Counted from the stretch's first letter, positions 30,594 through 43,568 are shown. The stretch is DNA of 64,000 nt from Phaeosaccion multiseriatum (GCA_965112735.1 CBCOSG010000001.1:124001-188000); one strand, 5' to 3'. Made by a program: numbers and translations. Notes: a model not told the origin generated them from the sequence alone.

Positions 30594-31028
30594 TTAGTGC
30601 CAGCGATAGTTGGCATAAGGCCGACCTTCTAAACTTTGTTGATGATAAGCCTGCTTTAGAAAAGTGGCTTCGCCAGTCGACTGACTGGCTTTACACAAGG
30701 AAGAACCTAGATTTTTAGATAGTGGACCCTTCGGAGTCGTACGAAGAATCCAGTGGAGACTAAGGTATTGACGACGTTTTTTCCAGAGAGGGAAAGAAAT
30801 CCATCGTACTTTGGCTTGCTTTTTTCTTCGGCCAGGAAAAGTTTTTCCCTGAGCCATAGGTTCAGTCTGTTGAAGAGCATGAAAAAACACATAAGCCGCC
30901 TTTTTCGGTTGATGCTCGTAGAGGTAGCGCAGACTGCTACCTACGAGGCTGTGAGCTCGAAGTCGACCCCCGCGGCGAATGAGATGCTTACAAAAAATAC
31001 TTCCTTCAGAACTTTGGCTCAATCTCAT
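30594..31028 (-). CDS. rps7: Ribosomal protein S7 (divergent)
   Basis: Directly after rps12; C-terminal HQQSLEGRPYANYRW. Confidence 0.85.
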   Translation of the reverse strand: MRLSQSSEGSIFCKHLIRRGGRLRAHSLVGSSLRYLYEHQPKKAAYVFFHALQQTEPMAQGKTFPGRRKKQAKVRWISFPLWKKRRQYLSLHWILRTTPKGPLSKNLGSSLCKASQSTGEATFLKQAYHQQSLEGRPYANYRWH

Positions 31029-31031
31029 TTT

Positions 31032-31400
31032 TTATGGTTTTCTGGCCCCATATTTGGACCGAGAAGTGGTACGCTTTATTAAACCCAAACAGTCATACTT
31101 GCCCCGAATGACGTGGTAACGGACACCAGGAAGATCTTTAGCTCGACCTCCTCGAATCAAAACAGAATTAAATTCCTGAAGGTTGTGGCCCTCGCCAGGA
31201 ATGTAGGCGCTGATTCGACGGCCTGTACTTAGGCGTACTCGGCATAACTTTCGTAGGGCAGAGTTAGGCTTTTTGGGTTTTCGTAAGTAAATTTTTAAAC
31301 AAAGGCCCTTTTTTTGAGGGCAAGACTTTAAAGCGGGAGATTTGCTACGAGAGGACTGAGGTATACGGGGATAACGAACAAGCTGATGTAAGCCGCAAAT
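31032..31400 (-). CDS. rps12: Ribosomal protein S12 (start region uncertain)
   Basis: [31 protein letters not shown]. Confidence 0.95.
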   Translation of the reverse strand: MCGLHQLVRYPRIPQSSRSKSPALKSCPQKKGLCLKIYLRKPKKPNSALRKLCRVRLSTGRRISAYIPGEGHNLQEFNSVLIRGGRAKDLPGVRYHVIRGKYDCLGLIKRTTSRSKYGARKP

Positions 31401-31401
31401 T

Positions 31402-31468
31402 TGGATTTGGTAAGATTTGAACTTACCACCGCCGGGACAGAAATCTGACGGCCTATCCATACAAATCC
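31402..31468 (-). pseudogene. Degenerate paralogue of tRNA-Arg(UCG)
   Basis: GGATTTGTA..TGGATAG..GTC.GATTTC.GTCCCG..GTAAGTTCAA.TCTTACCAAATC matches 15352..15425; D-arm missing (region is noisy). Confidence 0.65.
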
Positions 31469-31469
31469 A

Positions 31470-31612
31470 GGAACCTTTCTAAGCACCAATGGATCAGACT
31501 GATGCTTAAATGCCAAGGTTGCTTACTGAATGCCACGGCTTCCTTGGGGGTTGGCATCACCCTTTTCCGCCTTCTAACCCCTTCCTCGAAAGAGGTATCT
31601 TCGGCGGAAGCT
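31470..31612 (-). ncRNA. Three-hairpin structured element B (candidate permuted 5S rRNA)
   Basis: CGCCGAAGATAC...GGCGG; GATGCCA/TGGCATT; TAAGCATCAGT/ATTGGTGCTTA. Confidence 0.35.
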
Positions 31613-31796
31613 TGCAAGAGAAACCCATTTATCTATCCTCTTTATTTTAGCTAGTATCGGCCTATATGGCCAATATTGGCTATAATGGGAATATAGGTAG
31701 ATGGCCCAGATCCGGACCTGGGACTAATGTAGCAGATGTAAGACTTTAAACCGAGGATTTCCTCGTTAGACTGGGGATTTATTCGTTCATGCATAC

Positions 31797-31870
31797 GGGC
31801 GGAGGTAGGATTCGAACCTACGACTTTTAGATCATGAGCCTAACAAGCTGGCCAACTGCTCTACTCCACC
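31797..31870 (-). tRNA. trnM: tRNA-fMet(CAU) (mirror)
   Basis: Reverse complement of 25869..25942. Confidence 0.88.
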
Positions 31871-32049
31871 ATGGTATGAAAAGACTATGTGAGTCCTAGG
31901 TCTAAAAAACTTTACCAATCAAACTACCTCCACTGCCTAAGCTTCGCGCAGTAGACTCACTTATAATTCCATAGCTTAATAGCATAGAAGACAAAATAAT
32001 TTACTTAGGGGTATTATACCCCTTTAGCAACTTACCTATCTCTACACTA

Positions 32050-32908
32050 TTAAGGTTTTTCGACTCGATCTTCAAGTTGAGCCTTATATAGTTCTCCGTA
32101 ATGATCAAGAGCCGCGTTATACTCTTGAAGAAGCCAATCTATTGCTCCTATATCCAGTTTTCCCGACGCCGTCTTCATCAGGTCTGAGGGGACTCTCCTG
32201 CTTTCGAGGGCCCGGAATTTCGTGACACTCTCTTGAGTGTCCGCAGTGAAGTTATCGAACGTCGAAGAATAGAAATTTTGCAGCGACGACCTTCCATCTA
32301 GACCGTAAAAGAACTTTCCGACCCACACATCTGCCACTAGCCCCCGCTACAATTATTTGAATTCTTTTGCCGTGTTCTACAGCCACTTCCCACACTATTC
32401 TTTTTTTTGTAAACCCTTTAGCGTGGAGTACTCCAGGATTCAAAAAACACTCCTGAAACAGTCGTGTGGTTGATCGCACATACGCCGGCAGTAAATAGAG
32501 ACAGGCCAATAAGGAGAGTAAACCTATGAGATAAAACAAAATAGAGTATTTTGGTGGTAGACCGATTCCGAGGATAAATGACGAATACAAGAGAGTTTGT
32601 ACTTTTGCCAAACCTTCGTGTCCCAGACTATCCTGGTAAAGAGATGCGACATAACTGCCCTCTCTACACCGGGTTTTATCCTTTCTAAACTTGGGTAAAA
32701 TTACCTCTTTATGGTAGTAAAAAATCCACCCCAGATGGACGCTGAATTGCACTAGTGAACACACGATATCAAACCTACCCTCAAACAGTCCAAGGGAGGA
32801 AATGACAAAGGTTAAAAAGTAGGCTACAAACAGTATTACAAACCAAACCTCTGTATCCAAATCTGTTATTCGTTTCCACATACGACGCAGCATGTATTTA
32901 AACATCAT
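32050..32908 (-). CDS. orf285 (mirror, same frameshift)
   Basis: Same 218-aa and 95-aa split. Confidence 0.75.
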
Positions 32909-32910
32909 AA

Positions 32911-33310
32911 GCCTAATTAGTAAGGATCAGCTACACCGCTTACACGACTTTCACTACCCTCCTATTCACGTTTTCGTCTAAAACGAGGCCTAGACAATGC
33001 TTGAGGACAAGTTTCTGGCTTAGATGCTTTCAGCCATTCTCTTCTAGAGATGTAGCTACCCGACACTGCATGTGCTCACACAACCGGTACACCATGGATC
33101 CCCGAAATTCGGTCCTCTCGTACTAGAATTTCTTCCCTTAGATTGTTGTCCACAGTAGATAGGGACCAAACTGTCTCACGACGTTCTAAACCCAACTCAC
33201 GTACCACTTTCATGGGCGAACAGCCCAACCCTTGGAAGCTTTTTCTCCTCCAGGATGTGATGAGTCGACATCGAGGTGCCAAACCCTTCCGTCGATAGGA
33301 GCTCTCGAGA

Positions 33311-33346
<36 letters not shown>

Positions 33347-33651
33347 TATGAGCGGTGAAGTGCCCATATGCACATCCACCGGATCTGTATGGCCGACTTT
33401 CGTCTCTGTTCGACTTGTGAGTCTTACAGTCAGGCACACATCAAGCCATTCCGCCTTTTCTTCCTTCATGGAAGGGTGTACCTTTGCGTACCCCCGTTAC
33501 TCTTTAGGAGGCTGCCGTCCCAGCCAAACTACCCGTCTGAGCCTGTCCCAAGTCAGGTGAAGAAAGCTAGACTGAAGGAGGGTGGTCTTTCATCTGCGGC
33601 ATAACCTCCCACCTACTACTACGCAACCTATGTCATGCTTCCCAGCTCAAA

Positions 33652-33685
<34 letters not shown>

Positions 33686-33761
33686 CTGCAGCGAGGTCGC
33701 CTCTTCACGACCATGGGAATTTCACTGAGTCCGTGTTGGAGACAGCGGAGCAGTCGTTACA

Positions 33762-33792
<31 letters not shown>

Positions 33793-33878
33793 TCAGTTTT
33801 GCTACCTTAGGACCGTCAGAGTTACAGCCGCCGTTTACTGGGCATTCTCCCTAAAAGCTTCCACTTTCGGGTCTTCCG

Positions 33879-33916
<38 letters not shown>

Positions 33917-35588
33917 TTTACAACTTCGCAGAGTCCTGTGTTTTTACTAAACAGTCGCCGCTCCCACTTTAGTGCCAAGCCTACAAAGGCTTCCTCCTTC
34001 TACCGAAGCCACGGAGTCATTTTGCCGAGTTCCTTCAACACGGTTCTCTCAAAAGGCCTGAGTGTACTCCACCCATTCACCTGTGTCGGTTTACGATACG
34101 GTGCCGCTCCTAGAAGTATTTCCTGGAAGCTGAGCTAAAGCAGAGGAGACCAGCTATACTCCTCTACTTCCTCTGCCAGCTTCGTCCTGTCTAAGATCTC
34201 CCATCAACCCTGGCTTTCGTCAGCAGTCTTAGGGACCGTCTTTATGGCTTGAGATTAGCTCAAGCCCCCACGAAGAAGAAATCTGTCGTGGAAACCCTTG
34301 AATTTAAGGCCACCAGGATCCTCCTGGTTTGTTGCTACTCATGTCAGTATTCTCGATTCCGATATCTCCAATGAAGGTTGCCCCTCATCTTCCTCGACCT
34401 ACGGAAGGTTCTGCTACCACCCTGTAGGGTTTGAGGCTTCGGTAGGAAAGATTAGTCCCAAACATTGTGGGCGCAAAAAACTTCGACCAGTGAGCTGTTA
34501 CGCATTCTTTAAAGGATGACTGCTACCAAGCCTACCTCCTGGCTGTCTTTAGCTCGTCACCTCCTTCTTCACTTCCTTTCCTTTGGGGACCTTAACCATC
34601 AATCTGGGCTGTTTCCCTTTTGACCAAGGACCTTCGCACCCATGGTCTGTCTGCCTTGATTGAAGACGTATCCTGTATTCGCAGTTTGCCATAAGTCAGT
34701 AAGATTTTGCCTCCCCTTTCCTACGACAGTGCTCTACCCCGGATTTCCCATTAAGACGCTCTACTTCAATAGATTTCGCAGAAAACCAGCTATCTCCGAC
34801 TTTGATTGGCCTTTCACCCCTAAGATCAAATCATCCCAGTATTTTGCCACATACACGGGTTCGGTCCTCCAAAGAAAGTTGCCTTGTCTTTTTCAACCTG
34901 TTCAATCTTAGCTCAGTCGGTTTCGGGTAAAAAAAATTGGGACTCCACGAAGTTTTACTCCTCGATTGACCTTTGCCTTCCTAAACTTAAGCTTGCCCCT
35001 AATCTTTTACTCACTGACCCATTATACAAAAGGTAGGCTGTCACTTCCACAAAGCTTCAACACCTAAAAGGCAGGGAGTTTCAGGACATTTCACAGCAGA
35101 AATCTCTGTTTCACCTTTCTCTCACGATACTTGTTCACTATGGGTGGCCCAGTCTATTTAGGCTTTGAGGATGGCTCCCCAATATTCCTTGTCTATCGCC
35201 AGAAAAGTACTTGAATCCTCTCCTTTTCTTCCCTACGGGACTTGTACCTTCTATGGTTTTCTTCTCCATCCAATGTTTTATTGAGCTGGAGTCGTTTTTT
35301 AATTTGGATCTTTCAAGGTCGTCTAGGAGAGAGCCTACACCGTTTTCGCTCACCGCTACTTACGGTATCTCGGTTGATTTCTCTTAAGCAGATTACTTAG
35401 ATGTTTCAGTTTGTCTGCCCTCTTCTTTGCAGGCTTTACTGGCCTGTTTTTCCTCAAACGGAATGGTTTTCCAAGGTAGAAGGTCGAAGTGCACAGGTCG
35501 AAGACCTTCCTCCGAGCTTTCGTTGTTGTCTACGTCTACAGAGGCTGGGCCCCTAGGCATTCCCTCCATGCCCTTTGTGAAGATTTTC
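32911..35588 (-). rRNA. rnl: LSU rRNA (mirror)
   Basis: Reverse complement of 22150..24828. Confidence 0.96.
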
Positions 35589-35647
35589 TTTATTTTGCTT
35601 GAAGCTTGTCACAAACTTCACAAATGGAAGAAAAATCTTGTCAGCTC

Positions 35648-36544
35648 CTAAGAGGAAACCCAAATCTTAAAAGTGACGTACAAAACAAGGACCAAATATG
35701 GTCCTATTATTTTATACGGCTCCCACCGCCATAGTTTGTAAAGTGACAGTCCCCACACTACTAAAAAAGTAGCATAGACCCAGCCAAGATACACATACAT
35801 ATGGCGGACTCCGAGGAGTCCAATGCAGGTGTATAAGATTATAAGTGAAAGATAAGCCAATACCAAAGGAAGGTCTCGCCACAAGCGGACGACAAAATCC
35901 CAACTCTCCCCAAGAATTTTAACCACCTTTTTTAGACCTGCCCCTACGGGGCATAGATCTATTACGTTGCCTGAGGCTAAAGTGGTTAAGGGAGTTGAGG
36001 AGTAAGCTTCGACTATCATGTGAGAGCCTCTGCCATTGGCAGTCAAATTACTGTCTCCCAACCATTCCTTAGAATACCGCACACAGCGAGTGCAATGTAT
36101 GCAACGAGTCATCAAACTTTTTATACCTAGACCTAGAAAAGTCTCTTTGACCGTACGCTTTACTTCAGCGTACCGTGTTTTGTCACTGCCGAAGTGAAAG
36201 CTTTGATTTTGGAGATCGCATTCCCCTCCTTGGTCACAAATAGGGCAATCTAGAGGGTGGTTTACTAGATTGAACTCTAAAACTGTTTCTCGGGCTTTTC
36301 GTACCAAAGGACTATGAAGAAAAAATCGTCCGCCTCCTAAAATAGGGAAGGCACAACTCATCTGAGGTTTTGGACCTTGGCTAACTTCTACTAGACAGGA
36401 ACGACAATTTCCCGCGATATTTAATAAGGGATGATAACAAAATCGAGGAAGTTCTATGCCTAAACTACTACATGCTTGTAATACTGAGGAAAATTCTTCA
36501 ACAAAAACAAGCTGATGGTTGATAAATATTTTTTTAGTGGTCAT
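35648..36544 (-). CDS. nad11: nad11a with hydrophobic tail (mirror)
   Basis: Identical 298-aa protein. Confidence 0.93.
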   Translation of the reverse strand: MTTKKIFINHQLVFVEEFSSVLQACSSLGIELPRFCYHPLLNIAGNCRSCLVEVSQGPKPQMSCAFPILGGGRFFLHSPLVRKARETVLEFNLVNHPLDCPICDQGGECDLQNQSFHFGSDKTRYAEVKRTVKETFLGLGIKSLMTRCIHCTRCVRYSKEWLGDSNLTANGRGSHMIVEAYSSTPLTTLASGNVIDLCPVGAGLKKVVKILGESWDFVVRLWRDLPLVLAYLSLIILYTCIGLLGVRHMYVYLGWVYATFLVVWGLSLYKLWRWEPYKIIGPYLVLVLYVTFKIWVSS

Positions 36545-36727
36545 AGGAAGTATAAATTTTCTCTATTTTGACTTGGGAGGTATTCTTTCTCTTTTTGCTT
36601 ACTTTCCCAAGGTTTTTTACCCCTACCTGATTCAGACGAATGGCTTCCATATTAGGTTATAAATACCTATGGTATAATTTCATACAAATATCAGTACGAT
36701 CTTGGTTTCTACTTTTTTACAAGTATT

Positions 36728-36798
36728 AGACCGGAGGGAAAGTCGAATTCCCATAATTGGATTTGCAATCCAAGGCATTGCCCTTATGCTATCCGGTC
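36728..36798 (-). tRNA. trnC: tRNA-Cys(GCA) (mirror)
   Basis: Mirror of 20940..21010. Confidence 0.9.
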
Positions 36799-36897
36799 TC
36801 CCATCGCATTCACTAAAATTACCAAAATATGTGATGCAAGAGATACCTTGAGGTTTTCTATTAGGCTCCTGAAGTTCGTAGGCAAATACCTAAGTAT

Positions 36898-36971
36898 TCG
36901 GGAAAATGTGATTTGAACACATGACCTTCTGTTCCCAAAACAGATGCGCTACCAAGCTGCGCCATTTCCCG
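36898..36971 (-). tRNA. trnP: tRNA-Pro(UGG) (mirror)
   Basis: Mirror of 20767..20840. Confidence 0.92.
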
Positions 36972-36994
36972 ACTGGGCTTCGAACATCAGATAC

Positions 36995-37147
36995 TTAACG
37001 GGGAAGATCCTTAAAAATCTTGCGTAATTTTAAAGAGGCACTAAGACTGGGCAGGTAGTAGAAAACAAAGAAAAAATAAAATCCAAAAAAACACAAACCC
37101 AAATTAAGAATTTGAGTAAAAAAGGTGATTTGATCAAATTGTGGCAT
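36995..37147 (-). CDS. atp8: ATP synthase subunit 8 (mirror)
   Basis: Mirror of 20591..20743. Confidence 0.92.
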   Translation of the reverse strand: MPQFDQITFFTQILNLGLCFFGFYFFFVFYYLPSLSASLKLRKIFKDLPR

Positions 37148-37583
37148 GGTTCTTCCTAAATATCACGAAGTCCGTATTTGCTCCTCTGAAACAAATCTAG
37201 GTTCTATAAATTACTGTTTGCTTCTTTTTTCCTTATTTTTTCCCTCACAAGAGAAGTGGAGTGGGGTGTAGCTAATTTAATATATATTTTTTGGTCTTCA
37301 TCTTAAATCCCAGAAAGTCAGGAAACAGGATATTGCGGGCAAAGGTAGAACTTATACCTACGACTTTTAGATCATGAGCCTAACAAGCTGGCCAAGTGCT
37401 TTAGTCCACCAGTATATGAAAAAACTACGTGAATCTTAGATTTAAAAAACTTCACAAATCAAACTACCTCCACTGCCTAAGCTTCGCGCAGTAGACTCAC
37501 TTATAATTCTATAGCTTAATAGCGTAGAACACAAGATAATTTACTTAGGATTATTCTACTTTTCTAGTATTGTAATCTACCCA

Positions 37584-38426
37584 TTAAGGTTTTTCGATTG
37601 TATCCTCTAGTTGGGCTCTATACTCTTCTCCTACATAATCAAGAACGGTATTATAGTCCTGAAGGAACCAATTTACTGCCCCTACATCTACTTTCCCGGA
37701 CGCCGTCTTCAATAGCTCTGAGGGGACTCCTCTTCTCTCGAGGAATCGGAATTTTGTGACACTTTCGTGAGTGTCCGCAGTGAAGTTAGCAAACGTCGAA
37801 GAAAATAAGTTTTGCATCGACGACCTCCCGTCTGGGCCATAAAGGTACTTTCCGATCCCCACGTCGACAAGTAGGCCCCCTATAATGAAAATTCCGGCCC
37901 TCTTTAAGTGTTCCACAGTTAGCTCCCACACTAACCTCTTTTTCGTGAACCCTCTCTCATAGAGTACACGGGGGTCCAAAAAACATTCATTAAAAAGCCG
38001 CCGCGTTGCCCGCAGATATCCTGGCAAGAAGTAAATGGACATTAATACGAAAATTACACCTACAAAGTAGGCCATATTTGAATACTGCCGCGGCAGAAGA
38101 ATCCCCAATACAAAAGACCAATACAGATATGTCTGAAGTTTGCCAAAGATTGGATGGGTAAGACTGTCCGCGTAAAGAGAGACTACATAAAGGCCCTCTT
38201 TAGACCGAGTTTTGGCATTTTCAAATTTTAGTATCATCGACCATTTTTGATATTGAAACACCCAAACCACACAAAGACTCGCTTTAAAAATGAACGAGGC
38301 CGAATTTGGGTACATATACGGTAGCGGCAGTAAAAGAGTTTGAATTCCTAAAGTCAAAATGAAAGCAGGGCTTAAAATTTTAAACCAAGATTTTGCAGGA
38401 GAATTGACTAAAAACTGCAAGTACAA
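37584..38426 (-). CDS. orf280 (mirror)
   Basis: Identical protein. Confidence 0.8.
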   Translation of the reverse strand: MYLQFLVNSPAKSWFKILSPAFILTLGIQTLLLPLPYMYPNSASFIFKASLCVVWVFQYQKWSMILKFENAKTRSKEGLYVVSLYADSLTHPIFGKLQTYLYWSFVLGILLPRQYSNMAYFVGVIFVLMSIYFLPGYLRATRRLFNECFLDPRVLYERGFTKKRLVWELTVEHLKRAGIFIIGGLLVDVGIGKYLYGPDGRSSMQNLFSSTFANFTADTHESVTKFRFLERRGVPSELLKTASGKVDVGAVNWFLQDYNTVLDYVGEEYRAQLEDTIEKP

Positions 38427-38671
38427 GTAGAGAGCTCATTAGTTTAATTTTTTATCAAATTAAAGAAGTTCATTAGTACACAAAACCAAAAAAAAATAAG
38501 CATACTCACCAAGAGCTTCAAAATCTCAGTGATGCTGATGCCTAAAAAATACCAAAACCCTATATTGTGTTTTAAGACTGACATAGGTTCCAGAAGCTTA
38601 TGTTTCACCTTTATAAAGAAAACTTTCATTCTTAAATTCTATACCGCCTGAGGTTCAAGACCTTATTTCTT

Positions 38672-38836
38672 TGAATTCAGCCGCAGATTCCTCTACGACT
38701 ACCTTGTTACGACTTCATCTCAGTTACCAAGCCTACTTTCAAATCCAAGAGAATAGACAAAGCATTTCATTGACATTCTTCGAGCAAGCCCGGCTTCCAA
38801 CATGTGACGGGCGGTTTGTACAGAGCCTAGGTACAG

Positions 38837-38869
<33 letters not shown>

Positions 38870-40175
38870 TGATTCCGCCTTCGTGAAGCCGAGTTGCAGG
38901 CCTCAGTCTGAACCAAAGAAAGTGTTCAAGTTTGGCAAAGACTGATTTTATCTTTCCTACTCATTGTCCTTTCCATTGTAGCACGTGTGTAGCCCAGTTC
39001 ATAAGGACCATAAGGACTTGTCTTCATCCTCGCCTTCCTCTTAAACCGTAGTCTAAGCAGTATGTGGAGTATGGACAAAGTTGGACTCACCAATTAAAAC
39101 TTTGGTAAGAGCTTTATCTGCCACAAGAGGGTTGCGTCCGTTATAAGAGTGAACTTAACATCCTAAGACACGGACTGACGACAGCCATGCAATACCTGTA
39201 CTTCCTGTCTTTGGTCTTATCTCCGAGGCCGAAAAGGGAAAGAAGTATTCCAGAACTGGTAAGGTTTGGCGCGTAGCATCGCATTAAACCACATGCTCCA
39301 CCACTTGTATAAGCCCCCGCCAATTCCTTTGAATTTCAGATCTGAATGCTGTACTTCTCAGGCGCAGCCTTAGCCTTAGCAGGGAAGATGCTTAAACTTC
39401 TCAGTCTAAACAGCTAGGCTGATATTTTAGGGTGTGGACTACCAGGGGGTCAAGTCCTGTTTGCTCCCCACACTTTAGTCCCTGAAGGTCAGTGCGAATC
39501 TAGATAACCGCCTTCGCCTCTGGTATTCCCACTTATGTCTACGGATTTTATCCCTAAATAAGTGATTCTGTTATCTTCTCTTCGACTCTAGCATCCCGGT
39601 TTTGTCAAAAGTCATACCCTTGGGGGGTAGAATTTATCTTACGATCTAGGAAAATGCCCTCTACGAACCCTTTATGCCCAATCATTCTGGATAAGGCTTG
39701 CCCCCCTCGTATTACCGCGACTGCTGGCACGAGAATTGGCCGGGACTACCCCTGTGAATGGCGTCTGAATCTTTCCACGGGAGAGGGGTTTACAACCAGT
39801 TTAGCCTTCTTCCCCTTGGAATATTGCTGGATCAAGCTTCCGCTCATTGTCCAAGATTCCTCACTGCTGGCCCCTTACAGGGGCTTGGACCTTGTCTCAG
39901 TTCCAATGTGGCTGGTCGACCTCACAGACCAACTAAGGATCTTTGAATAGGAAGGCTGTCATCCTTCCTACTTCCTTAATCCTTCGAGGATTCTTCCTTT
40001 CTTTTTTGTCTAAATTAGGCAAAAGTGGGGAAGACTCCCTACTTACTTTCTTCAGAAAGGGCAGATTTCCAAGTATTACTCACCCGTTCGCGCTTTCTTC
40101 TTCTAAGAGAAGGCAACACTCGCATGTGTTAGGCATACTCCTAGCCTTCATCCTGAGCCAGGATCAAACTCAAGT
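38672..40175 (-). rRNA. rns: SSU rRNA (mirror)
   Basis: Reverse complement of 17563..19066. Confidence 0.96.
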
Positions 40176-42221
40176 CTTTGATCTTTTTTATTTCCAAGAA
40201 ATAAACAAGGGGGATGTGGTCTATAAAGCTTTATTTTAATTTTATGATTTAGATTCTTGTGGATAAATAAATTTCCCGGTTCCCGGACCAGCCAGTATGT
40301 AGGGCCCATTTGCAAATTACACTCCAGATCCTACAGGGTTGGGGTTTCGTGCTAAAGATGGGACTCGCATTTGGTAGCCCTCTCATATGAGAAAACACAA
40401 TCTAATGTAAGGAACAGGTTTTTTCGAGCACTTACAGAGTTTTGGTTCAGTACAAAGGATTGGTTTAATTACGAGAGCAGACTTTTGGCTTTTTTAAGTG
40501 TACCTCTTTTTTTCCTCTTTTTTGTTCGGGTCTGTTCCCTAAAAACTTAATCAAAAAGAAAAGATTGATTAAAGATGTCCATCAATGAGTTTGTTAACTC
40601 ATTTCTATTAGACGGAAAGAGCAATTTTTCCTCATATTTAACTAAGAGATCATAACCAAATCAAGGAAATTTTATACTTTAACTAGCGCATGATTGGGAT
40701 GCTGAGTCTAGTTACCAAAGTCTCAGCTGCCTAATAACCAACATTATAGCCTCCATTTGAGATGAAGTAAAGTGCTTTATACTTTTAGAACTAATAAACT
40801 TTATTTTATGGAACCGATAGAAAAGGTTCTCTTATATCTTTGGTCCAGAGAATAAACCTTCCGTCCACTAAATGTTTCACTGTCAATCTAACCTTCTCTT
40901 CGGTGCCTTTTAAAAAATATTTAGTCTCTAGGCGTAAAATGGGGTTAAGGCTCAATGAAAATCAAACACTGCAAAGGATTTTTTAAACAATCGGTTTCTA
41001 ATTGACGAAAGACATAGTTTTCTTTCTCAATCTTTGGTCTTCCACACTTCTATTTATCTCAATTTCGACCAAGTCTGCTATCTTAAGAGTCCCCTCTTTC
41101 TTAACTAGACTTCACTCCAAGTCTGACTTGATTCTATGGTGTGGTCTAAGTCTTGCAGGCAATCTTATTCTACTAATTTAGGGAAAATTATTATTTCTCA
41201 AGTATCTTTAGGGGTTAAATTAAGCTAAGCTTCGGCCAGAAGCTGACTAACTAAGAAAAGACTTGAGCTTACAAAAAAAGAACAGACCAAATAGTTCTAA
41301 ACTGTGTTGATGAAATACTTTGTTTATTTTCCTGTATTTGATGAAAACTTAAAAGAACTTTAGCTTGTCTATTGGTAAAGCTTTATTTATCCGCATTTGA
41401 GTGACGGTTTTAAGGGCTGTAAAAAGCTTAAATAAGGGGTCAAAACTTGAGTTAGAGTAGATTAATGCTAAAACTTAATAAGTGAGGCATTTTGATCAAA
41501 TAAGTCCTTCCTATCCTTGCATTAGGCTTCTGGGTGATAATACAATAGGTCAGTAGGAATCAAGAAGTACACCAATATACTTAAACTTTGGCAAGACTAA
41601 CAAACATAGTTTTTATTTTTTTTTAGGATCGTGTAGATCAAAAAATTAGGTTTTTTAGTAAAGAATTAAAGTTTTGAAGCTTTTGTACTTTCGGTGTCTA
41701 TTTTGCATCGAAGTCGACTTTTGGTTTCTATGGGAACAGTTTGTTGATCAAAAGCTCTCCTGTCTTTTCTCCTTAAATTTAGCCTGTAAATCGACGAAAC
41801 TGACAAAGACATTTTAATTCATCTTTTGATTTTATATAGAAAGCTTAAATAGAATTTTCTTCTTGGCTGTGGACAAGCCTTCTGAAGCCAAATATCTGCC
41901 TTTGTGCTTGTAGTGGGAAGAATCTTTCTAATCGATATGTTTTGTCTTATATTTAAAGCGTTTTAGCCACCCAGACAAGGGAATTCTAGAATAGATTTTT
42001 TTTGTGGTATTCATTTTTTTTATTATCAACGGACAACCAAAACTTTCTTTAATTTTTTAGATCAAAGACTTTTCTCAGAACTTTTGTTTTAGTTTCCCGC
42101 CAAAACTTTTTTTTTCTTTGTTCAAAAGCAAAAACTGGGTTGTCACCAAAGGAAAGACGAGAACTGAAATCCAAAAATACCCATGCAACAATGACAAAAA
42201 GACAGAAAAAAACCTACACAC

Positions 42222-42303
42222 AGGAGGGGATAGGATTCGAACCTATGAAGGAAGTTCCATCAGATTTACAGTCTGACACCATTAACCACTCGGTCACCTC
42301 TCC
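42222..42303 (-). tRNA. trnY: tRNA-Tyr(GUA) (mirror)
   Basis: Mirror of 15434..15515. Confidence 0.9.
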
Positions 42304-42311
42304 TTTAAACT

Positions 42312-42385
42312 TAGATTTGGTAAGACTTGAACTTACATCCCTCGGGACCGAAATCCGACACTCTATCCAATTGAGCTACAAATCT
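42312..42385 (-). tRNA. trnR: tRNA-Arg(UCG) (mirror)
   Basis: Mirror of 15352..15425. Confidence 0.9.
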
Positions 42386-42652
42386 GGGGGGCCTCTAGGT
42401 GGAAATCACAACACAACATAGTGTATTGTAGTTTCCTCCTAAATGCCACGGACTCTTTTCAGGCAGGCATCACCTGTTTTGTGGCCCCTATAAAGGGGCC
42501 AATACAGAACAACATGGCTTTTATAAAGTCTTACTTATAATATTTACAATTAGTCATCTACCTATGAAAACTATGAAAATGGCCACATGAAGAGCCGTAG
42601 AACTAAGTTTATCTCTAAAATCAGGACTACCAACTTACTAAGATGTTATGAA

Positions 42653-43090
42653 CTACCAAAAACTACTTTTGAATTGCCACCAGATGTGAATTTTAGGTTG
42701 GTTATAGACCATGGAATACAATGACGCAAAATTCAAAAGGCTTTTCTCAGAAGGTAGACTTAAACGAGATTCAATTTTAGTTTCCACCTGAGGAAGAATA
42801 TCCACCTGCATAAGTACCCAAAATCCGTAGCCCTCCTTTTTGTTAACCCAACCTCCTAAATGACATCTACCTGGATTAACGGATCTAGGACCCAAAATCT
42901 TCGGCTTAGTTCCATGCACCACATCCATAAATACCAATGAACAAAGGCTAGGCGAGTTTTCTCCGCAAGGGCTCCCTCCTACAAGCCTAGGTAAAGGAAG
43001 GTGAGTGTTTTTCTTATTTACACTAGCTAGGTCAATACTCTGGGTCAATAATTGGCAGTGAACGTCTTTTCTTAAAGAAATCAATTGCAT
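42653..43090 (-). CDS. rpl5: Probable divergent L5 (mirror)
   Basis: Mirror of 14647..15084. Confidence 0.5.
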   Translation of the reverse strand: MQLISLRKDVHCQLLTQSIDLASVNKKNTHLPLPRLVGGSPCGENSPSLCSLVFMDVVHGTKPKILGPRSVNPGRCHLGGWVNKKEGYGFWVLMQVDILPQVETKIESRLSLPSEKSLLNFASLYSMVYNQPKIHIWWQFKSSFW

Positions 43091-43470
43091 TACACCCATA
43101 TAGGAGCCATACTGGCCACCTTCATAAATTTACGCTTTCTTAGTTCTATTGGAAGTGGATAAAACACTCTACTACCTAGTACTTTCTGATTTTTGGTAAA
43201 GCACAGTACCCGATTGTGACCAAAACGCAGGTTCAATCCATTTTTACGTCTTTGAATAGCACGAGTGTGTAAAATAAATCCTCGAAGTTTATCTCCCTTC
43301 CGTAAGCCATAACGCTGAGTAGCCTTTGACTTGAGTCGGCGAATTGACACAAGAAGATCTTGACCGAATTTAGCTTGACCTCCTCGTGGATAAGGTTTTA
43401 TTTTGATACTTCGAAGCCTTTGGACCCCGGAATTATCTCCGAGGCGAAACATGGTTTGGGTTTGAATCAT
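43090..43470 (-). CDS. rpl14: Ribosomal protein L14 (mirror)
   Basis: Identical protein. Confidence 0.93.
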   Translation of the reverse strand: MIQTQTMFRLGDNSGVQRLRSIKIKPYPRGGQAKFGQDLLVSIRRLKSKATQRYGLRKGDKLRGFILHTRAIQRRKNGLNLRFGHNRVLCFTKNQKVLGSRVFYPLPIELRKRKFMKVASMAPIWV

Positions 43471-43568
43471 AAGGTTTTTGTTTTATTTAAGCAGTAGGCA
43501 GATTGGGAAACATAAGCTCTTACTAGTCCTTCTTCTTTAGTAAAATTTATAAAAAGTCTACAGGACTC

